Assembly: GCA_012839035.1 (NCBI GenBank)
Contig: DUOB01000039.1
Span: 245-64,244 of the forward strand
Length of the DNA: 64,000 nucleotides
From: Propionibacterium sp.
Lineage (GTDB): Bacteria > Actinomycetota > Actinomycetes > Propionibacteriales > Propionibacteriaceae
Direction of reading: 5' to 3'
Positions 8,377-25,547 of the stretch are shown piece after piece (within the stretch, counting starts at the first letter, position 1; each line of letters begins with the position of its first letter). The notes beneath the pieces were generated by a model. It did not search any database and was not told where the DNA came from. It was given only the letters and a program-made list of their open reading frames with translations. A program made the position numbers and the translations under genes.

Positions 8377-10085
8377 GCCAGCAGCTCTCTCGCCGTCAGT
8401 ACGTCGAGCTGTACGGCCCCACCACCGGCGACGCCGTACGCCTCGGTGACACCGATCTGTTCGCTGTGGTCGAGCACGACCACGCCGTCTATGGCGATGA
8501 GTCCGTGTTCGGCGGCGGCAAGGTCATCCGGGACGGCATGGGCCAGAACTCCCGCGTCCCGCGGTCGGCCGACATCCCCGACACTGTCATCACCAACGCT
8601 CTGGTCATCGATCACTCGGGCATCTTCAAGGCGGACGTGGCCCTGCGCGACGGCCGGATCCAGGCGATCGGCAAGGCCGGCAACCCGGACGTCCAGGAAG
8701 GCGTGGACATCACGATCGGTGTCGCGACCGAGATCATCGCCGGTGAGGGAAAGATCCTGACCGCCGGTGGCATCGACACCCACATCCACTACATCTCCAC
8801 CGACCAGATCGGGGTGGCGCTGGCGTCCGGCCTGACCACGATGATCGGCGGCGGCACCGGCCCGGCCGAGGGCACCAAGGCCACCACGATCACCCCCGGT
8901 CCGTGGTGGGTCCAGCGGATGCTGCAGGCGACCGATGACTTCCCGATGAACATCGGCATTCTCGGCAAGGGCCACGGGTCTGCCACCGAGGCGTTGGCCG
9001 AGCAGATCACCGCCGGGGCCTGCGGCCTGAAGGTCCACGAGGACTGGGGCTCGACCCACTCGTCGATCGACACCTCGCTGCAGGTCGCGGACGAATATGA
9101 TGTGCAGGTTGCCATTCACACCGACACCCTCAACGAGGGTGGCTTCGTCGACGACACCATCGCCTCGATCGGCGGCCGGGTCATCCACACCTTCCACACC
9201 GAGGGTGCCGGTGGCGGTCACGCCCCCGACATCATCAAGATCGCGGGCCTGCCCAACATCCTCCCGGCCTCGACGAACCCGACCCTGCCCTTCACGGTCA
9301 ACACCGCCGAAGAGCACATGGACATGCTGATGGTGTGCCACCACCTCAAGCCGTCCATCCCCGAGGACGTCGCGTTCGCCGACTCGCGCATCCGCAAGGA
9401 GACCATCGCGGCCGAGGACGTCCTGCATGACATGGGCGTCTTCGCGATCACCTCGTCGGACTCCCAGGCCATGGGCCGCATCGGTGAGGTCGTTACCCGC
9501 ACCTGGCAGGTAGCCGACTCGATGAAGGCGCAGCGGGGGCCGCTGGAGGGCGACTCCGAGCACAACGACAACAACCGCATCAAGCGCTACATCGCCAAGT
9601 ACACGATCAACCCCGCGATCGCGCACGGCATCGGCGACGAGGTCGGTTCGGTCGAGGTGGGCAAGTTCGCCGACCTGGTGCTGTGGGATCCGAAGTTCTT
9701 CGGCGCCAAGCCCGACTTGGTCATCAAGGGCGGCATCATTGCCAACGCGGTCATGGGCGACGCCAACGCGTCGATCCCCACCCCGCAGCCGCGGACGATG
9801 CGCAACCAGTGGGGTGCCCACGGTCGTGCTCGCGGTGAGTCCAGCCTGGTCTTCATCTCGAAGGCGGCCATGGACGCGGGCGTGCCCGCGGAGTTGGGCC
9901 TGACCAAGAAGGCGTACGCCGTCCACGGCATCCGCGACCTCACCAAGGCCGACCTCAAGCACAACGGCGCAACGCCCGACATCAAGGTCGACGCGCAGAC
10001 CTACGAGGTGTCGATCGACGGCGAGGTGCTGGCCTCGGAGCCGGCTGAGAAGCTGGCGCTGGCACAGCGCTACTTCTTGTTCTGA
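8373..10085 (+). CDS. ureC: Urease alpha (catalytic) subunit
   Basis: 570 aa with canonical motifs ([26 protein letters not shown]). ATGA overlap with ureAB. Confidence 0.97.
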   Translation: MSQQLSRRQYVELYGPTTGDAVRLGDTDLFAVVEHDHAVYGDESVFGGGKVIRDGMGQNSRVPRSADIPDTVITNALVIDHSGIFKADVALRDGRIQAIGKAGNPDVQEGVDITIGVATEIIAGEGKILTAGGIDTHIHYISTDQIGVALASGLTTMIGGGTGPAEGTKATTITPGPWWVQRMLQATDDFPMNIGILGKGHGSATEALAEQITAGACGLKVHEDWGSTHSSIDTSLQVADEYDVQVAIHTDTLNEGGFVDDTIASIGGRVIHTFHTEGAGGGHAPDIIKIAGLPNILPASTNPTLPFTVNTAEEHMDMLMVCHHLKPSIPEDVAFADSRIRKETIAAEDVLHDMGVFAITSSDSQAMGRIGEVVTRTWQVADSMKAQRGPLEGDSEHNDNNRIKRYIAKYTINPAIAHGIGDEVGSVEVGKFADLVLWDPKFFGAKPDLVIKGGIIANAVMGDANASIPTPQPRTMRNQWGAHGRARGESSLVFISKAAMDAGVPAELGLTKKAYAVHGIRDLTKADLKHNGATPDIKVDAQTYEVSIDGEVLASEPAEKLALAQRYFLF

Positions 10086-10096
10086 CAATCCCCAGC

Positions 10097-10133
10097 AGGA
10101 GGAGGGCCGCGCATCACTGGCGGCCCTCCTTCC
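10097..10133 (+). promoter_or_regulatory. Strong stem-loop between ureC and ureE (possible intra-operon attenuator/processing site)
   Basis: GGAGGGCCGC (10101-10110) pairs perfectly with GCGGCCCTCC (10120-10129) and is extendable to about 13 bp. The loop is 9 nt and there is no U-tract. Confidence 0.4.
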
Positions 10134-10153
10134 GCGGCGTTCGAGAAGGAACC

Positions 10154-10624
10154 ATGCTCATCACCCAGATCCAGGGCAACATCCACGATCAGTCGCTGCC
10201 CGAGGGCACGCATGTGGAGACCGTCACGATCCCCAGCGCGCAACTGGTCAAGCGGATCCAGCGGCTGCGTACCGATCACAACAACGAGGTCGGCCTCCGC
10301 CTGCCCACCGGCGCGGCAGACCTCCGCGACGGCGACATCCTGTCCCTCGATGGTGGGAATGCGATCGTCGTCCGCGTCGAGGCCACCGACGTCCTGGTCA
10401 TTCGCGCCCGGTCGGTCCACGAGATGGCGATCGTGGCGCACACCCTCGGCAATCGCCACCTGCAGGCGCAGTTCTTCGACGCTTCTTCGGAGTACGCCGC
10501 CGAGGTCATGGTGGTGCAGTACGACCACACCGTGCAGGCGTACCTGGATTCCGTGGGCGTCCCGTACGACCGGGCGGACCGCGTCATGCCCGTGCCGTTC
10601 CGCCACAGTGAGCACTCGCATTGA
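10154..10624 (+). CDS. ureE: Urease accessory protein UreE (Ni metallochaperone)
   Basis: 156 aa with a UreE-like core (HTLGNRHLQAQF) and a His-containing tail (FRHSEHSH). Position in the ure operon supports the call. Confidence 0.85.
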   Translation: MLITQIQGNIHDQSLPEGTHVETVTIPSAQLVKRIQRLRTDHNNEVGLRLPTGAADLRDGDILSLDGGNAIVVRVEATDVLVIRARSVHEMAIVAHTLGNRHLQAQFFDASSEYAAEVMVVQYDHTVQAYLDSVGVPYDRADRVMPVPFRHSEHSH

Positions 10625-11289
10625 GTGCCCTGCCCTTGAAAGTGCCGACAGCGAGACCGCTCGCGCTGCTGCTGCAGCTGTCCGACTCCGCCCTGCCCAC
10701 TGGTGGGTTCAGCCACTCGTTCGGGTTCGAGCAATATCTCGACCGCGGCGAGATCCACGATGCCGCCACGTTCTCGGACTGGCTGCGGGTCTATATCGGG
10801 AACCAGCTCACCTATACCGATGCGCTGGCGATGCGTCTGTTCTATGAAGGCCACGACGAGGTCGACCTGGCCGAGCGCGTGGTCGCGGTCACCATGCCCG
10901 CGCAGCTTCGCGCGGCGGACATCGCGATGGCGAAGCGGCTGCGGATGATCGGCTCCGACGCGCTGGGCATGCGTACGCCGGAGGTCGAGCTCGCGCACCC
11001 GGCGCTGGAGTTCGCTCGGATCGCGCGCCAGTTCGAGGTGTCGTGCGGCGACGCGATCCTGGGGCATCTGACGGCCACGACGCACACGCTCGTGCAGAAC
11101 GCCGTGCGCGGCATCCCGATCGGCCAATCCGACGGCCAGCGGGTGGTCACGGCGGCCCATGCGTGGATCGACCGGGCGCTCGAGGTGGTGTGGACACTGG
11201 AGATGGCCGACTTGGGCGCGGTCGCTCCGGGGTTGGAGATCGCCCAGATGCAGCACGAGAAGCTGCGCGCCCGCATGTTCATGAGCTGA
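10621..11289 (+). CDS. ureF: Urease accessory protein UreF
   Basis: [25 protein letters not shown] is the hallmark UreF N-terminal motif. TTGA overlap with ureE. Confidence 0.85.
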   Translation: MSALPLKVPTARPLALLLQLSDSALPTGGFSHSFGFEQYLDRGEIHDAATFSDWLRVYIGNQLTYTDALAMRLFYEGHDEVDLAERVVAVTMPAQLRAADIAMAKRLRMIGSDALGMRTPEVELAHPALEFARIARQFEVSCGDAILGHLTATTHTLVQNAVRGIPIGQSDGQRVVTAAHAWIDRALEVVWTLEMADLGAVAPGLEIAQMQHEKLRARMFMS

Positions 11290-11339
11290 CTTTTTCGCGC
11301 TCCCTGAGGGCGTTCTATCGAGTGATGAGGAGAGAGACG

Positions 11340-11956
<617 letters not shown>

Positions 11957-11960
<4 letters not shown>

Positions 11961-12856
11961 GTGCTTCGTCGTTGGGCTATCAGGCGGCGAAGCCCGCGGC
12001 CGGCCCGGCCGGGGCCTTGTCCCTGTCGGTGGGCTTCTCGGGCGGGCGCACCGAGCCCGTGCGGACCGAGAGTGTGGGCGTACTGCGGCTGATGAAGCCG
12101 CACTATCTCGACGATTCGGGCCAGGTCACCTACATCGTGGTGAACCCCGGCGGGGCGTACTTCGGCGAAGCCTGCCGCATGGACGTCGAGGTCCTGCCGG
12201 GCGCGAGCCTGGTGCTCGCGTCGCAGGGAGCGACCCGTATCTATCGCACGCCCCATGAGCCGGCGGTGCAGGAGGCGGTCTTCCGCGTCGGCGCGGGGGC
12301 GCGGTTCGAGTATGTGCCCGAGCAGACCATTGCCTACCGCGACGCGGACTATCGGCAGGTGACGGAGTTGGTCGTGGCGCCGGATGCTCAGGCGTTCATC
12401 GGCGAGATCGTCACGCCTGGGTGGGATCCGGAGGGGACGCCGTTCACCTACACCGCGATGCGGCTTCGCTTGGATGTCCGCGTCGATGGTCCTGCGCCCT
12501 CGTCGCCCGGCGGCGGCTTGGTCTGCTCCGACAATGTCCGCGTGGTCCCTGCGGCGATCGGGGAGGGCATGAGCGGCATCGGCCACATGGAGGGCGCGTC
12601 GCACATGGGCAGCGTGCTTGTCGTGGGCACGCACACTGCGGCGGTGGCCTATGTCGATGGGGTGCGCGAGGTCGTCAGCGCACTGGGGATGGAACGAGCC
12701 GGCGTGACCACCGGGTCGCGGCACGGGGTGTCGTGGCTGATGGTGCGGGCGCTGGCGGATTCGACCGACGCGTTGCACGCGTTGGTCTATGGCGTCAACG
12801 AGTTCGACCGCGCGGCCACCACGGGGCAGCGCCGCTTGGACCTCCGCCGCTACTAG
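11957..12856 (+). CDS. ureD: Urease accessory protein UreD/UreH
   Basis: ATGA overlap with ureG. UreD-like segment ([37 protein letters not shown]). Last gene of the operon. Confidence 0.8.
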
Positions 12857-12935
12857 CCTCGTCCGCGTTCCGTACGCCACGTACGCCACCGCGCACTGGT
12901 AGGGCGCACCCCGCCCGGGTTCCGTACGCCACCCC

Positions 12936-12995
12936 GCCCAGGGAACTGCCTCCCTGCCCGAGAAATATCTAGGGCAAGGAGGCAGTTTCCTGGGC
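12936..12995. repeat. 60-nt imperfect-palindrome (hairpin) repeat, copy 2; likely bidirectional terminator between ureD and the VWA gene
   Basis: GCCCAGGGAACTGCCTCCCTGCCC-GAGAAATATCTA-GGGCAAGGAGGCAGTTTCCTGGGC. The 24-nt arms mismatch at 2 positions. It lies between convergent stops (12856 and 13025). Confidence 0.6.
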
Positions 12996-13024
12996 CTCGT
13001 CGTGGTGCCCCGTCGAGGCCTCCC

Positions 13025-14905
13025 TCAGCAGCCACCCACGTACGACTCTCCAACGCGGGACACGCCCATCCCGTCCATGCGGGTCAGCGGCCGATAGTCG
13101 TGCCCGAAGGAGAACTCGATCTCTTGTCGCCCGGAGACGTACACGTAGGACTGGCGTGCGCCGCCCTCAGCTGGAATGGTGCGAGCCTGGAGCTTCCCCG
13201 GATAGATCCTCTGCAGTTCGGCAAGGCTCATGCCCACGTGCGCTCCCGATGGCGTCCTGATGGCGGGGTTGATGGTGAAGATGGAAGACAGTCGCCCCTC
13301 ATGCACCTCGAGCCAGAGGTCTTCATGCGGCATGAGTGCCGTTGTCTCCAGAATCTTGCAGGACGGGTGCTCCTGCGCCACCTCCATCAGCTCTATCTCG
13401 CGGACTGGCATCCCGATCTTGAGGGGGCCGAATCCCGCAGTGGTGAGGGTGGCCTCCTTGAACTGCTGCCGAACCAGCGCCGGCTCGCACATGCCGCTGA
13501 CCAGGGGAGCGAGCTGTTCGAGCGGGGCGTCCGCGGGCATGGAGAAGCAGTTGCCTTGGTGAGTGAGCCGGATGACCTTCTCCCAGCCCGCTCCCTGACG
13601 CTTCATGACCAGGAAGCCGCCGCGCTGGATTGATTCGAATGACGCCGTGATCACGGCCCAGTTCCGGTCCGGAGTGCACTGGCCGGCGTGGATCTGCATG
13701 AGCGGATCATTCTGAAGGCGTCGAATCTCCTCGTTCGGCGGCGGACAGGGTGCGACGGGCAGGCAGGTGCACAGGACGATCGTGGTGACCTTCCCGCCGA
13801 TGACCGTGACCTTCCAGGCGAGCCCCAGGCGCTCATCCGCCGCGTAGTACCGCAGTTCGCCGCCCTCCACTGGGTCCACTTGGACCGGCGTACCCAATCC
13901 ATCCAGAATCTGCGCGGGGTCCTGCAGCTTGATCCCGTCGATCGTGGATCCTTCGTTCAGCACGATTCCGCGCAGGATCGCTTGGTTGTCGAACTCCCAG
14001 GCGCAGTTCCGCCAGATCACCCGGATGACGGACTCCACCGACTCCGGCAGCGCGGGAAAGTCGGGGTGCTGCTCCTTGATCGCCGCGTACGCCGTCCCGG
14101 GCCGGATCCGCTGCACCCCGTTGGGGGACAACTGGTCGGCTGCCGCCGCCGGATCGCTGAGTGCCAGCAGCCGACGCGCGAGCTGCGCCGCGGAGTCGGC
14201 GGTGACCGAGATGCCCCTGCCGCGATCGGCGATGCAAGCGAGCTGGGTGTTGTTGGCGCGTACGCCGATGGTCGAAATCGACAGGCCCGCGTTCTTGGAC
14301 ACCAAGTCCCCGGCGGTGTCGCACGGGTCGGGTGGGGCGCAGGAATCCTCTCCGTCGGAGACCAGCACGACGCTGGTGCGCTCACCGGCGGGCGCCAGTT
14401 CGGCGGCCTTCGTCAACGCCGTGGAGATCGACGTCCAGCCGCTCGGCTGCAGTCCGTCCAGCAGCGGTGCGAACCCGTCGCGAGCCGTCCCGAGGGGGAT
14501 CTTGACCGTCGCATCCTCGCAACTCGTCTCGCGTGGCGCGTCCTCAGGGGTCTGGTCGCCATAGGTCACGAGGGCGACCTTCGACCCTTCGGGCAGTTCG
14601 CTCACGAATCGCTTCGCCGCGTCGCGAGCCGCGGTCATCCGGTCTCCGCCACCCACCATGTCGGCGATCTTCATCGAGCCGCTGGCGTCGATGATCAGGA
14701 CATAGGACGCCGGTGGTGGGGGAGCAGGGCTGGCTTCCGGCGTGCCGGCCGACCCCGCGGTCTGGTTGCCATCGCCGACAGCATCCGGAGCGCGGCTTCC
14801 ACTCGGGCCGATCGGCATGTACACACAAGAACTCAGAGCCAGCGACAGCCCCATCAGCAGGCAGACCAGGGCATGCTTCGATCGGGCACTCCGCGCGGGT
14901 GTCAT
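13025..14905 (-). CDS. Secreted VWA-domain lipoprotein with a large Cys-rich C-terminal region of unknown function
   Basis: Lipobox LSLALSSC. MIDAS-type DASGS...T...SDGED motifs in residues about 68-230. The remaining ~390 aa contain many Cys and are not recognisable to me. Confidence 0.8.
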   Translation of the reverse strand: MTPARSARSKHALVCLLMGLSLALSSCVYMPIGPSGSRAPDAVGDGNQTAGSAGTPEASPAPPPPASYVLIIDASGSMKIADMVGGGDRMTAARDAAKRFVSELPEGSKVALVTYGDQTPEDAPRETSCEDATVKIPLGTARDGFAPLLDGLQPSGWTSISTALTKAAELAPAGERTSVVLVSDGEDSCAPPDPCDTAGDLVSKNAGLSISTIGVRANNTQLACIADRGRGISVTADSAAQLARRLLALSDPAAAADQLSPNGVQRIRPGTAYAAIKEQHPDFPALPESVESVIRVIWRNCAWEFDNQAILRGIVLNEGSTIDGIKLQDPAQILDGLGTPVQVDPVEGGELRYYAADERLGLAWKVTVIGGKVTTIVLCTCLPVAPCPPPNEEIRRLQNDPLMQIHAGQCTPDRNWAVITASFESIQRGGFLVMKRQGAGWEKVIRLTHQGNCFSMPADAPLEQLAPLVSGMCEPALVRQQFKEATLTTAGFGPLKIGMPVREIELMEVAQEHPSCKILETTALMPHEDLWLEVHEGRLSSIFTINPAIRTPSGAHVGMSLAELQRIYPGKLQARTIPAEGGARQSYVYVSGRQEIEFSFGHDYRPLTRMDGMGVSRVGESYVGGC

Positions 14906-15017
14906 GGCGGCACCTTAAGCAAGACGCACGCCGGGCCGCATGTCCTAGTTTTGGGGGACGTCGCCATCGTGTGGTGTGTCCGCGCCTGAGTCGTGCGGGA
15001 ACTTCCGGCAAGGGTGC

Positions 15018-15045
15018 TTGCCAGCGCACTTCTGATCGGTATGCT
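15018..15045 (+). promoter_or_regulatory. Candidate housekeeping-sigma promoter upstream of rpoB
   Basis: TTGCCA (15018-15023), 16-nt spacer, TATGCT (15040-15045), about 230 nt before the rpoB start. Motif match only. Confidence 0.25.
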
Positions 15046-15275
15046 CTGAACAAGCGATCAACCGCTACGCCTTTCGCCCTTCGCGGGCGAGGCGCTTCGG
15101 GGAACTTGACCGTGTTGCTTCCGGCTGCTCTCTTGAGCTTGCGCGTTCCTTCTTTCATGTGTATCGTCGGGCTTTGCCCCGCGTAGTTTTTCGACCCGTT
15201 GTCCCGGTCTGAGGCCCAGATCTTGACAAGGGTCGTTCAGCATGCACTGAACGCCTTCTCGGAAGGACCAAGCTG

Positions 15276-18767
<3,492 letters not shown>

Positions 18768-18887
18768 TCAGTACGCAGGGTGCGTGCCCCGGCGCCAAAC
18801 CGGGGCGCGCACCTTCCCCCGGCGTACGCAGGCCTGACAGCCGCTGCGCCAACCGATCAGTGCAAAAGGATTGGGAAAAACACACCT

Positions 18888-22739
<3,852 letters not shown>

Positions 22740-22782
22740 TCGGGTGACGTTCGAACCTGCGCCTTGAGAGTGCAGTACGCCT

Positions 22783-22818
22783 GGGGCGCCCCTTCGGGGG
22801 CGCCCCTTGGCATTCTTG
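22783..22818 (+). terminator. Intrinsic terminator after rpoC
   Basis: GGGGCGCCCC-TTCG-GGGGCGCCCC forms a 10-bp G+C stem with a tetraloop, followed by TTGGCATTCTTG. Confidence 0.6.
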
Positions 22819-22822
22819 AACC

Positions 22823-24100
22823 ATGACCTTGGCGCCGCTGGTCCGCTACCCATTGGCGGAATGGATCCTGACCCGGTCGAAACGGGTCGGTCCGTTCACG
22901 CGGGGCTGGCTCGGTCAGCCCTATGTCTATCTCGTCGGCCCCGCCGCCAATGAGTTCGTCTTCGCGAACGACGAGTCCTTCAGTCAGTTCGAGGCGATGA
23001 AGGCGCTCATTCCCGTGGACGGGCCAACCTCGGTGGTTGTCTCCGACCCGCCCGACCACGCCAGGCGCCGGGCCCTCGTGCGGCCGGGGCTTCATCGCAA
23101 GCAGGTGGCGAGTTATGTGGACACGATGACGAGGACGGCCGTCGAAGCGTTGGCCGCAGTGACGCCCGGCGAGTGGGTCGATGGCTATGAGCTCTTCCGG
23201 GCCGCGATCCGACGGTCGACGCTCCGTTGCCTGTTCGGCGACAGGATGGCGACGCGTGCGGACGAGCTTGGCGAGATGCTGCAGCCCCTCATCGAGCTGA
23301 CGGGCGTGCTGCCCCAGCTGCTGGGCCTGCACGCACGTCTGCGTACCCCGCGCTGGCGGCGGGCCATGGCAGCCCGGGCCCACCTGGATGAGTTCGTCTT
23401 CGGGGAGATCGATCGCCTGCGCGCGTCCCGCATCGACGACCGGCCGGAGTCCCAAGTGCTCGCGATCCTGGCCGATGGTCGGGACGGCTCGGGTTCCGGC
23501 CTGTCCCGGGAAGAAGTGCGGGATCAGGTGGTCACCTTGATCGCGGCAGGCTATGAGACGACCTCCGCGGCCATGGGCTGGGCCCTGTATGGACTGGCCG
23601 GGAACCCGGGTGCCCTCGCTGCCGCGCGCGAGGAAGTGCGGGGCGTGGTGGGGCACGGGCCGGTCACCGCCGCGCATCTGCCGGATCTGAGGTGGGTCGG
23701 GGCCGTGGTGAACGAGGCGCTGCGGCTCTATCCGCCGGCATCGATCAGTGCGCGCCATGTCACCAAGGAGCTCACCTTCGAGGGGCACCGGATTTCCCCG
23801 GGGACGATGCTGATCTATTCGCCGTACGCCACCCATCGGTCGCCCGAGGTGTTCAACAGCCCCGAGTCGTTCCGGCCGGAGCGCTGGATGGCGGGCGCAA
23901 AACCCGGTCCTGGTGAGTTCGTGCCGTTCGGTGGTGGTGCGCATCGTTGTCTCGGTTCCGTGATGGCGACCACCGAACTGGCCGTGATGTTGACCACCCT
24001 GTTGAGCCACGGTCCATTCCGTCTCGCACCGGGACGGATCCGTGCGGTGGGGGTCACGTCCATGCGGCCCAAGGGTGGGATCATGCTGCACCTGGGCTGA
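22823..24100 (+). CDS. Cytochrome P450
   Basis: Heme-binding FGGGAHRCLG, I-helix AGYETTS and an ExxR motif. The ATG lies 4 nt after the rpoC terminator tail with no SD, so it may be leaderless or read-through. Confidence 0.9.
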   Translation: MTLAPLVRYPLAEWILTRSKRVGPFTRGWLGQPYVYLVGPAANEFVFANDESFSQFEAMKALIPVDGPTSVVVSDPPDHARRRALVRPGLHRKQVASYVDTMTRTAVEALAAVTPGEWVDGYELFRAAIRRSTLRCLFGDRMATRADELGEMLQPLIELTGVLPQLLGLHARLRTPRWRRAMAARAHLDEFVFGEIDRLRASRIDDRPESQVLAILADGRDGSGSGLSREEVRDQVVTLIAAGYETTSAAMGWALYGLAGNPGALAAAREEVRGVVGHGPVTAAHLPDLRWVGAVVNEALRLYPPASISARHVTKELTFEGHRISPGTMLIYSPYATHRSPEVFNSPESFRPERWMAGAKPGPGEFVPFGGGAHRCLGSVMATTELAVMLTTLLSHGPFRLAPGRIRAVGVTSMRPKGGIMLHLG

Positions 24101-24174
24101 CGTCCGACGGTTCGAGGGCAACCTGCCAGGGGAACACCGCGGTCCGTGTGACCCGGCTCGTTAGGGTAGGGGCC

Positions 24175-24873
24175 GTGGCGAACGAACTCGCAGTGTTTCT
24201 GCACGGACTGGGCCAGACCCCGCAGACCTGGCAGGACCAGGTCCGGGATCTCCCGAGTGATCTGCCCGCAGCGGCTCCCTGGCTCAGAGGCCTGCGGCCC
24301 GGATCCCAGAACGTGTTCTCGCTGCGGGACTCCGCGGGCGAGGTGAGTTCGGCGCTGACGATGCACGGCGCGGATCGGGCCTATCTCGTCGGGACCTCGC
24401 TGGGCGCGATGGTGGCTCTCCAGACGGCGGCGGACGATCCTCGGGTGGCCGGGCTGGTGCTCGCCGCGCCGCAGGTCAACCCGCCACGGTGGCTGATGAA
24501 GGTCCAGTCGGCCGCCCTGACGTTGGCCTCGCGGCGTCGACTCAGCGCGCGGGGACTGAACAAGGCGGCCATGCAGGATGTGTTCCGGGCCATGGCCGAG
24601 ACCGACTTCTCCGATCGATTGGGGGAGATCAACCAGCCCACGTTGATCCTCTGTGGTGACGGAGATCGGGCGAATCGACCCGCTGCCGAGCTCCTGGCCG
24701 GACAGCTCCCGAACGGCCGGCTGGAGGTGGTTGCGGGCGGACATCAGCTCCATCTGGAGAACGCGCAGGAGTTCAACCGGTTGGCGTACGCGTTCATCGC
24801 CGACCTCCGCGCTCCGCAGGAGCCCGAGGGGCAACCCGGTGATGACCGGCCCGCCGCGGACAACGAGCACTAG
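24175..24873 (+). CDS. Alpha/beta-fold hydrolase
   Basis: VFLHGLGQT oxyanion region, nucleophile elbow GTSLG, late GGHQLHLE. GTG at 24175 (or 24148); the track ORF from 23947 overlaps the P450. Confidence 0.75.
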   Translation: MANELAVFLHGLGQTPQTWQDQVRDLPSDLPAAAPWLRGLRPGSQNVFSLRDSAGEVSSALTMHGADRAYLVGTSLGAMVALQTAADDPRVAGLVLAAPQVNPPRWLMKVQSAALTLASRRRLSARGLNKAAMQDVFRAMAETDFSDRLGEINQPTLILCGDGDRANRPAAELLAGQLPNGRLEVVAGGHQLHLENAQEFNRLAYAFIADLRAPQEPEGQPGDDRPAADNEH

Positions 24874-25547
24874 CCCGCGAGGGGTCGCAGGCGATATCCC
24901 ATCCCGCGCACCGTCTCGATGCGTTCGTGACCGATCTTGCGGCGAACCGTGCGTACGCACACCTCGACGACATTCGAACCGGGATCGAAATCGACGCCCC
25001 AGACGTGACCGAGGAGCTGTTCCCGGGACAGCACCTGCTCCGGATGCAGCATGAACACCTCGAGGAGCGAGAATTCGCGTGCGGTCAGGTCGATCTGCTG
25101 ATCGTCGACGGTGACCCGGCGGCTGCGCAGATCGAGCACGAGCCCTGCCCCCTCGAGCACATGCGCGGGGGCAGCCGGCAGTGGCGAGTGCTCCCGCAGT
25201 CGCAGGCGTACGCGGGCGAGCAACTCCGCGAACTGGAAGGGCTTGGTGACGTAGTCACTTGCCCCGCCCTCCAGACCGGCGACCGTGTCGATCACTGAGT
25301 CGCGGGCGGTGAGGATGATGACGGGTACGCTCGCCCCGCTCTCGCGCAGCTCCTTCAGGACTTCGAATCCATCCTTGACCGGGAGCCCGATGTCCAGGAT
25401 CACGAGATCGAACGCGCCGGTCCTGGCCATCAGCAGCGCGGTGGCTCCGTCCGTGACGACGGTGGTGCCGTAGCCGGCCGCCTGCAGGCCGCTCTCCACG
25501 AAGGACGAGATCGGGGCGTGATCCTCCGCGATCAGGATATGACTCAT
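24870..25547 (-). CDS. OmpR/PhoB-family response regulator
   Basis: Receiver domain (ILIAEDH...DLVILDIGLP) plus a winged-helix output domain (LTAREFSLLEVFM...VRGMGYRL). ATGA overlap with the kinase gene. Confidence 0.9.
   Translation of the reverse strand: MSHILIAEDHAPISSFVESGLQAAGYGTTVVTDGATALLMARTGAFDLVILDIGLPVKDGFEVLKELRESGASVPVIILTARDSVIDTVAGLEGGASDYVTKPFQFAELLARVRLRLREHSPLPAAPAHVLEGAGLVLDLRSRRVTVDDQQIDLTAREFSLLEVFMLHPEQVLSREQLLGHVWGVDFDPGSNVVEVCVRTVRRKIGHERIETVRGMGYRLRPLAG

Noticed and set aside
7563-10088. 841-aa minus-strand ORF opposite ureAB and ureC
   Set aside because: Antisense shadow ORF. The urease subunits on the + strand are unambiguous.
11043-11339. N-terminal extensions of track ORFs (ureG from 11043, and likewise rpoC from 18780, fusA from 33976, tuf from 36205, katE from 38685, galE to 51609, rpsJ from 51184, rplV from 54373)
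   Set aside because: The extensions overlap upstream genes or intergenic regions and are Arg/Gly/Pro-rich. Conserved protein N-termini and Shine-Dalgarno sequences support the internal starts listed in the features.
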